From a virus (Duplodnaviria; Caudoviricetes): DNA of 31,044 bases. Where the stretch lies: positions 1 through 31,044 of IMG/VR virus record IMGVR_UViG_3300009095_000047. The stretch is one strand, 5' to 3'. A model generated the notes under the pieces. It saw nothing but the letters and a program-made list of their open reading frames with translations. It was not told where the DNA came from and ran no database searches. The position numbers were made by a program, and so were the translations under genes. This document shows, one piece after another, positions 16,901 to 25,692 of the stretch. How positions within the stretch are numbered: the stretch's first letter is position 1; the number at the start of each line of letters is the position of its first letter.

Positions 16901-17023
16901 GAGCAGGCACTGACCGTCATCAACAACTTCATGCTGTCGTCACGACCTGACAGCAGCACACAAGCCCAACTCGCCAAGACGGCTGGCATGGGTGTGCAAC
17001 GCGCACTAGCTAGGAACGGGTAA
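13928..17023 (+). CDS. Tail tape measure protein, lambda family
   Basis: 1031 aa, Ala-rich and helical; LRQVPAQLTDI..SL.GGQ.P..VLLQQGGQLKD.FGG, ALILTGNAAG, F..TGK.....FA.SI..D, GFA.GG.....VNE..GPGELF. Confidence 0.95.
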   Translation: MADLKTQLEIGVDASGVETGVNKAKQSISSLGGAAEAAGAKGAAGLEKMGAAGDQTAKKLDSATKNLIANAQRNLAAIEAGVEANGRMSGKFIESLARQRGADINVLKPYIRDLDEAIAKQRVALGQNSQLLQRAPALTTSLGATSFSKPLPTGLTTSLGATAFGEVAAGAAKATKEVDALGKRFDYTTLSAKQTTAALRQVPAQLTDIIVSLQGGQAPLTVLLQQGGQLKDVFGGIGPAARALGGYVVGLINPFTLAAAAAAALAVAYNQGSKEADAYAKALILTGNAAGTNVNQLTAMARAVSEVTGTQSQAADAVAQFAANGNIAAASIERFARVAVQLERTAGQAVGETVKQFAELGKEPLQASIKLNETTRFLTTSLYQQIKALDDQGRSAEAAALAQRGFADAMESRTGLLEARLGSIERAWRGVKDAAAEAWSAMLNVGRASTTDDRLNQARSDLETLEAANRAARARGGVPTEAFQARLEQQRQLIYGLTESTRLEGKAAQLQADGVRQAQKRIEFDGIAKRNQVDKGELLKKEIELITNAGKAAGASQAEIDKAIAGARERFKGSAGPKGPRDPQRSIDRSDLSFDLSQIKSQADELVRSYSDAERVLEALRSGGLVNEKGYYESRRQFLELETQAKEDSLRKEIQRLNQEQAIIDARNVKANDPTGAAQKTRDAIDNARKIGEAESQLAILRARNSSRAVILDIEEANAAKQKADALLSARQAAEAYFESQNRQQNRLLDSFAQGPREAQRTAGINAIDDNFANQERELQNLQALGKIEQKEYEARLAIIREFQARSIQSFTQYYDRLIDLQSDAFNGASRAVKTYIDEVANVAQTTDTFVSNSLRGLEDGLTDFLTTGKFKYKEFATSIVADVNRIIIRQQIANALAGQMGGSSGGGSDLIGSLFGALMGSGGGGKVMSSGAFGTGVSGFAMGGQVERGRIVEVNETDGPGELFNVGNRQYLLASQSGRVEPQKATSTPKEQALTVINNFMLSSRPDSSTQAQLAKTAGMGVQRALARNG

Positions 17024-17619
17024 TGGCATTCCTTGAATCGCGTATGTCGGCTCGCATTGAGCGTGGGGCGAAGGGTGGGCCGACGAACAGAGGCAGGAGG
17101 AAGGTCTACAGCACCAGCGGAAAGATGAATCAGGTGTTCGAGTGGTCCGCGCCAATCTCTGAATTCGACATCTCGCACGGCATCCTTCTTCCTGACGGGT
17201 ATGCGGAAATCGAAGCCATGTGGCACGTCATCCACTTTACCCCGTACTCTGGATTCAGGTTCCGCAACTGGGCCGACTATCAGGCGGTGAAGGCGAACAG
17301 CACGCTAACGAACATCGTCAGCAACACCTATCAGTTGCAGCGCAAGCATACCTTCGCGTCGATCACCTACAAGCGCAATATCTACAAGCCGAACGCTGGC
17401 GTGACAGTCTATGACTCGTCTGATGTTGCTTGCACAGCCTCTGTGAACACGGCGACAGGCATTGCCACAGTGACATCTGGAACACCGTCTTACTGGATCG
17501 GAACATTCGACATTCCTGTGACCTTCAAAGACAACGATCTGATGATGCGCCTTGATGGCACGACCAGCAATCTGTTGCTGGTTGCAGATCCGATCATCCT
17601 TGAGGAAATACGGCTGTGA
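17023..17619 (+). CDS. Distal tail protein, DUF2460 (GTA-like)
   Basis: F.E.R....I..GA.GGP, SG......W..P, GFRFR.W.DY, QL...Y/F, FD.PV.F..D.L. Confidence 0.85.
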   Translation: MAFLESRMSARIERGAKGGPTNRGRRKVYSTSGKMNQVFEWSAPISEFDISHGILLPDGYAEIEAMWHVIHFTPYSGFRFRNWADYQAVKANSTLTNIVSNTYQLQRKHTFASITYKRNIYKPNAGVTVYDSSDVACTASVNTATGIATVTSGTPSYWIGTFDIPVTFKDNDLMMRLDGTTSNLLLVADPIILEEIRL

Positions 17620-18467
17620 CAAAGGTTGTTCCGGCTGGCCTGCTATCGAACTATCAGAGCGATTCTCCGACCGTCGCATGGGCCATCAAAATCACTCGCA
17701 CGGATGATGAGGTGTACGGTTGGACCAGTGCAGATAGGGATGCGACGATTGACGCCGTGATCTACGAGAGCGCGCCAGGCTTGAGCGTTGCATCCTTCGC
17801 TTCATCGGCCGGGCTGGCGGTGGACAACAGCGAGCTGACGGTGCTGGCCGATGACACGATCATTACGCGCGCCGACATCATCGCCGGCCGCTGGAACAAC
17901 GCGGCCTATCTGCTGTTCAAGTACGACTGGACGGATGCAGCCGCTGGCGAAGAAGTCATCAGCACCGGCTTTCTCGGCGAGTTGCACCCGCGCTCTGGAG
18001 CGTACGTCGCCGAACTGCGCGGCCTGCAGCAGTACCTGCAGCAGCCTGTCGGCGCAGCAAGCACCAAGACATGCCGTGCTCGGCTTGGCGATGCCATGTG
18101 CACGGTGGACCTGGGAGGCTGGACCGAGACGGGCACGATTACCGGCGTCACAAGCAAACAGGTATTCACCGACTCGTCGCGCACTGAGGCTGACGACTAC
18201 TTCGGCGAAGGCATCCTTACATGGACGGCCGGCTTGAACACCGGCCTGTCGCAGAAGGTCAAGACCTACGCGAGCGACACGTTCACGCTATCGCTGCCGA
18301 TGATCTTTGACGTGCAGATAGGCGACACCTACAGCGTGATTGCCGGATGCCGCAAGCGGCTCGATGAAGACTGCGCCGCGAAGTTCGGCAACGAGCTGAA
18401 CTTCCAAGGCGAGCCGCACAGGCCGACCGTTGACGAATTGACATCTGCGCCCGAGGTCAACGTATGA
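17616..18467 (+). CDS. Baseplate hub protein, DUF2163/BR0599 family
   Basis: I.R.D....G.T..DRD, L.VDN.E, DI.AGRW..A, AELRGL, CRA.LGD..C.VDL, AGC.K....C..KF.N..NF.GEPH.P. Confidence 0.92.
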   Translation: MTKVVPAGLLSNYQSDSPTVAWAIKITRTDDEVYGWTSADRDATIDAVIYESAPGLSVASFASSAGLAVDNSELTVLADDTIITRADIIAGRWNNAAYLLFKYDWTDAAAGEEVISTGFLGELHPRSGAYVAELRGLQQYLQQPVGAASTKTCRARLGDAMCTVDLGGWTETGTITGVTSKQVFTDSSRTEADDYFGEGILTWTAGLNTGLSQKVKTYASDTFTLSLPMIFDVQIGDTYSVIAGCRKRLDEDCAAKFGNELNFQGEPHRPTVDELTSAPEVNV

Positions 18468-18889
18468 AGCGCGCCGATGTTGTGGCCGAGGCCCGCACCT
18501 GGCTGGGCGCGAAATGGTTGCACCAGCACCGCGCCAAGGGCCAAGGCGTCGATTGCGCCGGGCTCATCATCTGCGTAGCGCGCGACCTTGGCTTGTTGCC
18601 TGCTGACTTCGATATCACGGGCTACAGCCGCATGCCTGACGGCACCTTGCTTGATGTGTGCGACCAGCACATGGACCGCATCGACCGCAACGCCATGCAG
18701 CCAGGCGACGTGCTGGTGATGGCGACTGAGCACGACCCGCAGCACATGGGGTTCATTGGCGACTACCGGCACGGCGGGCTGAGCCTGATCCATGCCACGA
18801 ACAGGGCGGGTCGCGTCGTTGAAACGCGGCTTATGTTCGCGGCCAATCAGAAGTTTCGCGGCGCCTATTCGCTGCGCGGAGTGGCCTGA
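18464..18889 (+). CDS. NlpC/P60 family tail-associated peptidase
   Basis: V.AEAR.WLG....HQ.R.KG.GVDCAGLI, PGDVL.......QH.G, IHA. Confidence 0.93.
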   Translation: MKRADVVAEARTWLGAKWLHQHRAKGQGVDCAGLIICVARDLGLLPADFDITGYSRMPDGTLLDVCDQHMDRIDRNAMQPGDVLVMATEHDPQHMGFIGDYRHGGLSLIHATNRAGRVVETRLMFAANQKFRGAYSLRGVA

Positions 18890-21800
18890 TGGCGCAGCTT
18901 GCGATTGCTGCTGCGGGCGCAGCTGTCGGTTTCGCTGTCGGCGGGCCTGGCGGCGCGCAGATTGGCTGGGCCGTGGGCTCCATGGTCGGCGCCCAGTTCG
19001 GCCCGAAGCAGAAGAGCTACGGCCCGCGTCTTGAAGACCTGCGCATCACCGGCAGCGAGTATGGGCAAACCATCCCGTGGGCGGCAGGGCATCCGCGCAT
19101 TGCAGGTCAGGTCTGGTGGGCAAGCAGCCGCCGCGAGATAGGCACTACCACAAGCCAGGGCAAAGGCGGTGGAGGTGCAGAGTCAACGTCATACACCTAT
19201 GAAGTTGACATCCTCTATGGCTTGATTAACCGTCCAATAACGGCAGTCACTCGCATATGGGCAAACGGGAAGTTGATCTTCACGAATCTAGGGTTGTCCG
19301 ACGATGACAGCGTAGCGAACAGCGCGGACAACCCAAACTGGGAGCGAATTACTGTCTACACTGGCGCTGCAGATCAACTGCCTGACCCGACATATGAGGC
19401 AGCAGTCACCAATGCGACGGCCTATCGCGGGCGCGGATCAGTGTTCATTGAAGGGCTGCAGCTCGGCAACAGTGGCGTCATTCCAAATCTGACCTTTGAA
19501 GTTGCAATCGATGCGGTCGAAACACCGGCTGCAATGCAATTGCTGTGCAACTTTGCAGGCGGCAGCACTGCTGACGTATCGCCATATCTTCTCGGCAACG
19601 CTACACAGACAGGCCCTGGACCACTGAACTTCAGTGAAGGCGTCTTTAGCTTCACGCAGAAGATCACAGACAACAACCGCGTGTCATGGACTGCGCCGGG
19701 CCTGAAGGTTCAGTCTCAGCCGTTGACGGTGGAGTTCATCTTCCGCGTCGATGCAATTACTCCAATTCCGCCTTCTGTAGCGATTCAGATCGCGCGGTAT
19801 ACCCCAGACAGCGGAGCGCCTTCCTCGTTTTGGGACTTCAATCTTACCGGAGCGATATCGGGTCAGAACCGGCTGCAAATAACACCGCCAGACGGAGCTT
19901 TCTTCAGCGTTACCGACAACATCAATGGCCTTGGATTTCCGTATCACGTCGCCATCGTGTTCAAAGCTGATGGCACTTATGACTACTACCTGCATGGCCG
20001 GAAGGTCACGCCAGGCGGAAACTCGAACCCATCAAACAACGCGAACAGCGCCACCATATCGCTGGGCGGGACTGGGCAGACAACTCAGCAAACACTGAAC
20101 AGTTACTACGATGTACGAATCACAAAGGAAGAAATCTATAGCGCGGACTTCACGCCACCGACAGAGCTTGGTCCATTTACCGCAACGTTCGACCTGAATG
20201 ACGACACTCTGCAAAACGTGGTCGAGGATCTGTGCGATTCCGCTGGCATGCCAGCAGGCACCTACGATGCGACAGCGCTGGCATCGATCACTAAGCCCGT
20301 GCGGGCCTTCGTGCTGTCTCAGGTGGCAACGTCGCGCAGCGCCATCGAACAGTTGATGGCGGCCTACTTCTTTGAAGCCTACGTCACCGACAAACTCTAT
20401 TTCGTGCCGCGCGCCGGAAGTGTTCTCGACACCATCGATGCCGACGACATGGGCGCCGGGCTTGAGGCCCCGCAAGACGAGACCCTGCCAACGCAAGTTG
20501 GCAGCGACATGGAAATCCCGGCGCAGGTGGCGTTGTCCTATTCCAATGTCGATGCTGACTACACAACGGCGACAGAGCACAGCGACCGTCTGCTGTCCGG
20601 GCAGATCAGCACCAGCGCCGTGCAGTTGCCGATGGGATTCACATCGGCCGAGGCGAAGGGTATCGCGGATGCCATCGTAGTGGACGGCTACGCGAGCCGC
20701 GTGACTGGCACATTCAGCGTGCCTCTGTCCTACGCCGAACGGACGCCTACTGATGTTGTCGCTGTGCCCGACGCAGACGGCAACGTTTACAGAGTTCGCA
20801 TCGTGCGCCGCACCGATGAAGGCCCGCTGCTAAGGTTTGAATGGGTGCTAGACGACGCGACTGCCATTGAATCGGCTGGGATCACAAGCGAAGACTACAC
20901 GCCTACCGTGGGAGTTGCCTTGCCGGGTGAAACCGTCATGGAAGTGCTTGACATCCCGCTGATGCGCGACGCGGAGAACACGCTAGGGCACTACGTTGCT
21001 GCTACCAGCTCGGGCACAACCTGGCCGGGTGCAAGCATCAGCCGTAGCCTGGATGATGTGGAATACGCCGAAGCTGCCCGCGTGAGCGAGCGCGGAATCT
21101 TGGGGGTGACAACGACGACGCTTGGTAACTACACCGGCATTGGCTTTGATGAGCGCAACACCGTCACCGTGAGGCTGAGCTACGGCACGCTGAGCAGCAG
21201 CACGCGCGCCGGCCTCCTGGCAGATGCGTCGGTTAACAACATCATGATCGGCGCGGAGTTGGTGCGCTTCAGGACGGCTACCTTTGTGTCCGATGGCATC
21301 TACACCCTGTCTGGCCTGTTGCGCGGCCAGAAGGGGACTGAATGGGCTATGGCTGGGCACACTTCATCCGATGTAGTGGTGCTGATCCAGACGGCTGGCA
21401 TGCGCTACGTCGCAATCGATCTTCCGAGTCTGTCTGCCGAGCGCTTCTACAAAGGAGTGACAAGCGGAAAAAGCCTCGCCAGCGTCAGCAGCGAGTCGTT
21501 TACTTGCGAAGGCGTGAGCCTTAAACCGCTGGCGCCTGTCAACGTGCGCCGAACAGTTGGCACCGCAAACCAGATCACAGTGACATGGGATCGAAGAACT
21601 CGGCTGGCATGCACATTCACCGGGGCGTCCGGCATCTCTGTTCCGCTTGGTGAACTTACGGAAGCCTACGAAGTTGACGTTGTGCTGATTGCCGGTTCAG
21701 TGCTCAAGCGCACTCTGACGGCAAGTAGCGCCAGCGCCATCTACACCGCCGCCATGCAGACGGCAGACGGCATCGGTGCTAGTACGCCGATTCGTTTCGA

Positions 21801-22866
21801 CGTGTACCAGATGAGCGCGGTGGTGGGACGCGGGTACGTGGCCAGCTTGACGACCGCGGGCGCTGTCACGCCGCTGCCGCAGATCACCACGTTGACCGTG
21901 GGCGGCAGCTTTGCAACCGGGGCCGCGCTCTATGCCACGCTGGGCGGGGTCACGTACAACTACACCAGCGTCGGCGGAGACACGAACCTCGACGGCATCG
22001 CCACCAGCTTCGCGGCCGTCATCGATGCGGCGGCGGCCTACACCGCTGCCGCCGTGGGTTCGGTCATCACCGTGACCGGCGCAGTCTCGGCGGCTTTCCC
22101 GGTGGTGTCCGGTGTTTCGGCGGGCGACAACACGACGACCTGGGCGTTGACGCAGACGGCCAGCGCCACCGTCGCCGGGGTCAGCAACCAACTGACGTTC
22201 CGCTGGCTGAACTTGGGCAATCCTGGCGGCGCCAATGCCTACCCGCTGGGAATGACATTCTCGGCCGTGGTGCAGCGCATTGACCCGCCGCTTAACCTGT
22301 TCTACCAGTACGTGACGACCCCATCGGGGCGCACGAACTACGAGGTTCTGCCAATTGCCGCGTCGGCCATCCTGAGCGCGTTTGCGGCATCGGGGGACAG
22401 CGCGGCCTATGGCCTGACGATGACGCTGAGCGATGCCGGCACCAGCACGCTCAGCCTGTTCACCCCGGCAAGCGAGCCGTACAACTGGACCGTGCAGGCC
22501 ATCGCCTCGGACGCGAATGTCTCGGGCTTGGTGGGGAACATCGGAAGCGGCGTCACGCCGGCAACGCTGCGCCCGCAGATCGTCACTCTGACGCTAGCCG
22601 GCACGCCAGTAACCGGCAACGTGTACCGCGCCACGCTGGGCGGGGTGAATCTGGACTACACCGCGACCGGCGGCGACACCACGATGGCGCTGGTCGCTAC
22701 CGGGCTGGCCGGCGTCATCGATGCCCATGCCGACTATCTGGCCAGCGCTGTCGGCGCGGTCATCACGATCACGCACGCCAGCAACAACGTGCCGTTCACG
22801 TACAGCGCGACGGTCATCGCAAGCACGGTCACTCTGACGGCCGCAACCACACAGGAGGCCGCTTAA
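18889..22866 (+). CDS. Large tail-tip / host-specificity protein (GTA baseplate-like) with LamG-like insertion and repeated C-terminal domains
   Basis: GPRL.DL....S.YG..IP...G..RIAG.V.W, AYRG..., PNLTFEV, LSGLLRGQ.GTE, W.RRTR......VPLGE..EAYEVD; position after NlpC/P60. Confidence 0.88.
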   Translation: MAQLAIAAAGAAVGFAVGGPGGAQIGWAVGSMVGAQFGPKQKSYGPRLEDLRITGSEYGQTIPWAAGHPRIAGQVWWASSRREIGTTTSQGKGGGGAESTSYTYEVDILYGLINRPITAVTRIWANGKLIFTNLGLSDDDSVANSADNPNWERITVYTGAADQLPDPTYEAAVTNATAYRGRGSVFIEGLQLGNSGVIPNLTFEVAIDAVETPAAMQLLCNFAGGSTADVSPYLLGNATQTGPGPLNFSEGVFSFTQKITDNNRVSWTAPGLKVQSQPLTVEFIFRVDAITPIPPSVAIQIARYTPDSGAPSSFWDFNLTGAISGQNRLQITPPDGAFFSVTDNINGLGFPYHVAIVFKADGTYDYYLHGRKVTPGGNSNPSNNANSATISLGGTGQTTQQTLNSYYDVRITKEEIYSADFTPPTELGPFTATFDLNDDTLQNVVEDLCDSAGMPAGTYDATALASITKPVRAFVLSQVATSRSAIEQLMAAYFFEAYVTDKLYFVPRAGSVLDTIDADDMGAGLEAPQDETLPTQVGSDMEIPAQVALSYSNVDADYTTATEHSDRLLSGQISTSAVQLPMGFTSAEAKGIADAIVVDGYASRVTGTFSVPLSYAERTPTDVVAVPDADGNVYRVRIVRRTDEGPLLRFEWVLDDATAIESAGITSEDYTPTVGVALPGETVMEVLDIPLMRDAENTLGHYVAATSSGTTWPGASISRSLDDVEYAEAARVSERGILGVTTTTLGNYTGIGFDERNTVTVRLSYGTLSSSTRAGLLADASVNNIMIGAELVRFRTATFVSDGIYTLSGLLRGQKGTEWAMAGHTSSDVVVLIQTAGMRYVAIDLPSLSAERFYKGVTSGKSLASVSSESFTCEGVSLKPLAPVNVRRTVGTANQITVTWDRRTRLACTFTGASGISVPLGELTEAYEVDVVLIAGSVLKRTLTASSASAIYTAAMQTADGIGASTPIRFDVYQMSAVVGRGYVASLTTAGAVTPLPQITTLTVGGSFATGAALYATLGGVTYNYTSVGGDTNLDGIATSFAAVIDAAAAYTAAAVGSVITVTGAVSAAFPVVSGVSAGDNTTTWALTQTASATVAGVSNQLTFRWLNLGNPGGANAYPLGMTFSAVVQRIDPPLNLFYQYVTTPSGRTNYEVLPIAASAILSAFAASGDSAAYGLTMTLSDAGTSTLSLFTPASEPYNWTVQAIASDANVSGLVGNIGSGVTPATLRPQIVTLTLAGTPVTGNVYRATLGGVNLDYTATGGDTTMALVATGLAGVIDAHADYLASAVGAVITITHASNNVPFTYSATVIASTVTLTAATTQEAA

Positions 22867-23757
22867 ATGGCACTGCAGCAACTGGCCGCCAATCAGGCGA
22901 ACCCTGAAGTCATCATCAATGAGAACTTCGAGGGCCTTGACCATGTGGGCGTGTTCGGCAAGGCCCACGCCACAAGCACCGGGCTGAACTGGGGATACAA
23001 CGGCGGGCGCTGGGGCGGAACATCCATCACTGCCGGCACGGTCACGCTCACCAATGCAGCGACGAACTACGTGGTTGTGTTGCGCAGCACTGGCGCCGTG
23101 AGCGTGAGCACGGCCATCACCAACTGGAACAACACAGCGCTGTACGCGCGGCTTTACCAACTGACGACAGCCGGCAGTGTGGTGACGGCGACGCAGGACC
23201 ATCGCGCCGGGCCCTTCGGCCCGTTCGCCGGGAACAGCTACGGGCGCACAGCGCGCTGGATTCCTGCCCGCGACATGAGCCCTTCGGCGTCAGGCGGCTG
23301 CGCGGCCCTGGCCACCATCGCCAGCGCGGCGAATCAGCCGGACATCCAGACGCTCGACTTCGATGCTTCGTCGCAGGAATTCGCGCAGTTCGCCATCCTG
23401 ATGCCAAAGCGCTGGGATCGCGGAGCCGTGACCTTCGCGCCCGTCTGGTCGCACGCCGCTGCCGCAACCTTCGGCGTGGTGTGGGAGCTGCAAGCCGTGG
23501 CCGTGAGCAATGACGACGCCATCGCCGTTGCCTATGGCACTGCGGTAGGCAGCACAGACACCGGGGGGACGACGAACGATGTCTACATCGGCCCAGAGTC
23601 GGCTGCCATCACGGTGGCTGGCAGTCCTGCGGTCGGTGATGTGGTGTTCTTCCGCCTTGCGCGCGCCCCACTGAACGGCAGCGACACGCTGAACGTCGAT
23701 GCGCGGCTGCACGGCATCGAGCTGTACTTCAATTGCGCGGCAGAGAACGACCTGTGA
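22867..23757 (+). CDS. Putative tail fibre / receptor-binding protein
   Basis: N-terminal L...QAN.EV.INE....LD resembles DUF2793-type fibre anchors; beta-rich C-terminus; follows the tail-tip gene. Confidence 0.65.
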   Translation: MALQQLAANQANPEVIINENFEGLDHVGVFGKAHATSTGLNWGYNGGRWGGTSITAGTVTLTNAATNYVVVLRSTGAVSVSTAITNWNNTALYARLYQLTTAGSVVTATQDHRAGPFGPFAGNSYGRTARWIPARDMSPSASGGCAALATIASAANQPDIQTLDFDASSQEFAQFAILMPKRWDRGAVTFAPVWSHAAAATFGVVWELQAVAVSNDDAIAVAYGTAVGSTDTGGTTNDVYIGPESAAITVAGSPAVGDVVFFRLARAPLNGSDTLNVDARLHGIELYFNCAAENDL

Positions 23758-23881
23758 CCCGTAGATATACGAATGGACGCATAGACAACATGCGTTCTTG
23801 CGCATAATCGCGCGATGGCGCGAATCAAATTTCTTCCACCGGCCTGACGGCCAAACACAGACATAGCAAGGAATATTCGCC

Positions 23882-24277
23882 ATGACAAAACGAGCAAACT
23901 CAACCCTGCGCAGCGCCTGGGCTCAGTCCCTAATCGATGAACTCGGCGCCAGCCACAAGATTAAGTTCTATGACGGCACGCAGCCAGCCAGCACTTCCGC
24001 ATCGATCAGCGGCCCGACGCTGCTTGCCACGTTGACGGCAGACGGAACTCCTGGCTCTGTGACGACTGGCGTGCTTACCTTCGACGCCGCCAACTACACG
24101 CAGTCCAACGGCTCGCACGTCAATGGAACGCCGACTTGGGTCAGCTTCACCGAGAGTGACGACACGCGGGTTTACGAACTGGCTATCCCAACGGACGGCA
24201 TGACCTTCACCGGAACGATCCAGAACGGCGTGGACATTGCACGCGGCGCCTGGACGTGGACCGCACCTGACGCCTGA
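23882..24277 (+). CDS. Hypothetical virion-associated protein
   Basis: AAGGA RBS; K.YDGTQPA.......LLATL........G.LTF...GT.TW pattern seen in phage structural clusters. Confidence 0.75.
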   Translation: MTKRANSTLRSAWAQSLIDELGASHKIKFYDGTQPASTSASISGPTLLATLTADGTPGSVTTGVLTFDAANYTQSNGSHVNGTPTWVSFTESDDTRVYELAIPTDGMTFTGTIQNGVDIARGAWTWTAPDA

Positions 24278-24292
24278 TAGGAGCACCCACAC

Positions 24293-24781
24293 ATGGCACT
24301 GACCCCCCAACAACTGCCGGCCCTGAAGGCGGCGATTCTGGCGTCGCCAGAGGCGTCGAAGCTCGCCGTCACCAACGACAGTGGCAAGGTGCCGTCCGCC
24401 GAAGCCCGCGCCGCCGATCAAGCCATCGCGGACGCCATGCGCGCGCAGGGCTTCGGCGCCGCCTCGAAAGCGGTGCCCGCTTGGGCACGCCAAGCGCATG
24501 CTCATCAAGCGAGGCAAGTGGCGGGCATCGCGCTGGCCGCAGCCGACCCGCAGCACCCGGCCGTCGAGGCGGCCTACGCTGCCGTGGCGCTGGCCGACGA
24601 CGCGCGCATGGACGCGGATTTTCAGGACCCGAGCGCAAGGCCTTTGCTGGAAGCGCTGATCGCCACGGGGTTGATTTCGTCGCAGGACGCACAAGACCTG
24701 CACAACATGAGCGCCACCGACAGCACCGTAACCGCCGCTGACGTTTCCCGCGCGCTGCGCGGACCCTGGGGAGATGAGTGA
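24293..24781 (+). CDS. Hypothetical protein (LTxQQLxxLKAAI type)
   Basis: AGGAG RBS, GC3-rich codons; contains a probable 13-codon out-of-frame patch (see findings). Confidence 0.75.
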   Translation: MALTPQQLPALKAAILASPEASKLAVTNDSGKVPSAEARAADQAIADAMRAQGFGAASKAVPAWARQAHAHQARQVAGIALAAADPQHPAVEAAYAAVALADDARMDADFQDPSARPLLEALIATGLISSQDAQDLHNMSATDSTVTAADVSRALRGPWGDE

Positions 24782-25296
24782 TGCAACTGACGACACAACA
24801 ACTTGCCACGCTTCGCGCCGCGTGCTTCGCCGACCCAACAGCCGCAGCGTTTTTCGCCGACCCAGGCAACGCAGCCGGCCTGCAGGCCTACCTGAACAGC
24901 GACACCGCGCATCTTGTCTGGCGCACTGCCGTCAGCCAGGACGAGATCATGCAGAACGGCTTCGACTGGGCTCAAGTGGACAACCTGTCGGTCGGCAGGG
25001 CGCGCATCTGGGAATGGCTGTTCGCCAACGTCACGAAGTCATTCAACCCGGCGAAGGCCAACGTGCGCGCGGGGATCGAAGAAGTCTGGAAGGGCACCAG
25101 CGCCATGCTCGCCGTGCGCGCTGCGGTCTATGCGCACTGCCGCCGCGCGGCCACCGCCGCAGAGAAGGTGTTCGCCACCGGCGTCGGCACCGAAGCCAAC
25201 CCCGCCACGCTCGGCTGGTCGGGCAGCGTCTCGCCGGTCGAAGCGGCGATGCTGATCTACCACGACGACGGCAGTCTCTGGACGGCGCAGGGGTAA
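24778..25296 (+). CDS. Hypothetical protein (LTxQQLxxLRAA type)
   Basis: Overlaps the previous stop; N-terminus resembles that of the preceding gene; GC3-rich codons. Confidence 0.8.
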   Translation: MMQLTTQQLATLRAACFADPTAAAFFADPGNAAGLQAYLNSDTAHLVWRTAVSQDEIMQNGFDWAQVDNLSVGRARIWEWLFANVTKSFNPAKANVRAGIEEVWKGTSAMLAVRAAVYAHCRRAATAAEKVFATGVGTEANPATLGWSGSVSPVEAAMLIYHDDGSLWTAQG

Positions 25297-25299
25297 CGC

Positions 25300-25689
25300 A
25301 TGGCAAAGACCATCACCGGCCAGGTACTGGTCAGCAGCGCCAGCAACGGCGCGGGTAGCACCACCCGCGGGCGGCTCGATGTCAGCGCGGCAGACGGCGG
25401 CGAAATCCGCTGGCGCATCACCAACGGCGGCACCGGCCCGGCCACGCAGTGCGAGGCTCGCATCATGGTCGCGCGCAAGCAGACCAGCATGCCCAGCGCC
25501 GCAGCCGAGGGCACTGGCGACGATGCGTGGAAACAGGTCTACGTGATGGGCGGCGGCACGACAGCGAGTGCCAGCGCGCGCGGCGTGTATCGCTTCGGCC
25601 CCGAGGTTGCTTACGTGCAGATCGAGTTCGTCGGCAACACCGGCCAGGCCGTGACGGTGGAGTGCACCGGCGACAGCTACGCCTACTGA
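25300..25689 (+). CDS. Hypothetical beta-rich protein
   Basis: Packed 3 nt after the previous stop; Gly/Thr/Ser-rich; good codon bias. Confidence 0.78.
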   Translation: MAKTITGQVLVSSASNGAGSTTRGRLDVSAADGGEIRWRITNGGTGPATQCEARIMVARKQTSMPSAAAEGTGDDAWKQVYVMGGGTTASASARGVYRFGPEVAYVQIEFVGNTGQAVTVECTGDSYAY

Positions 25690-25692
25690 GCG

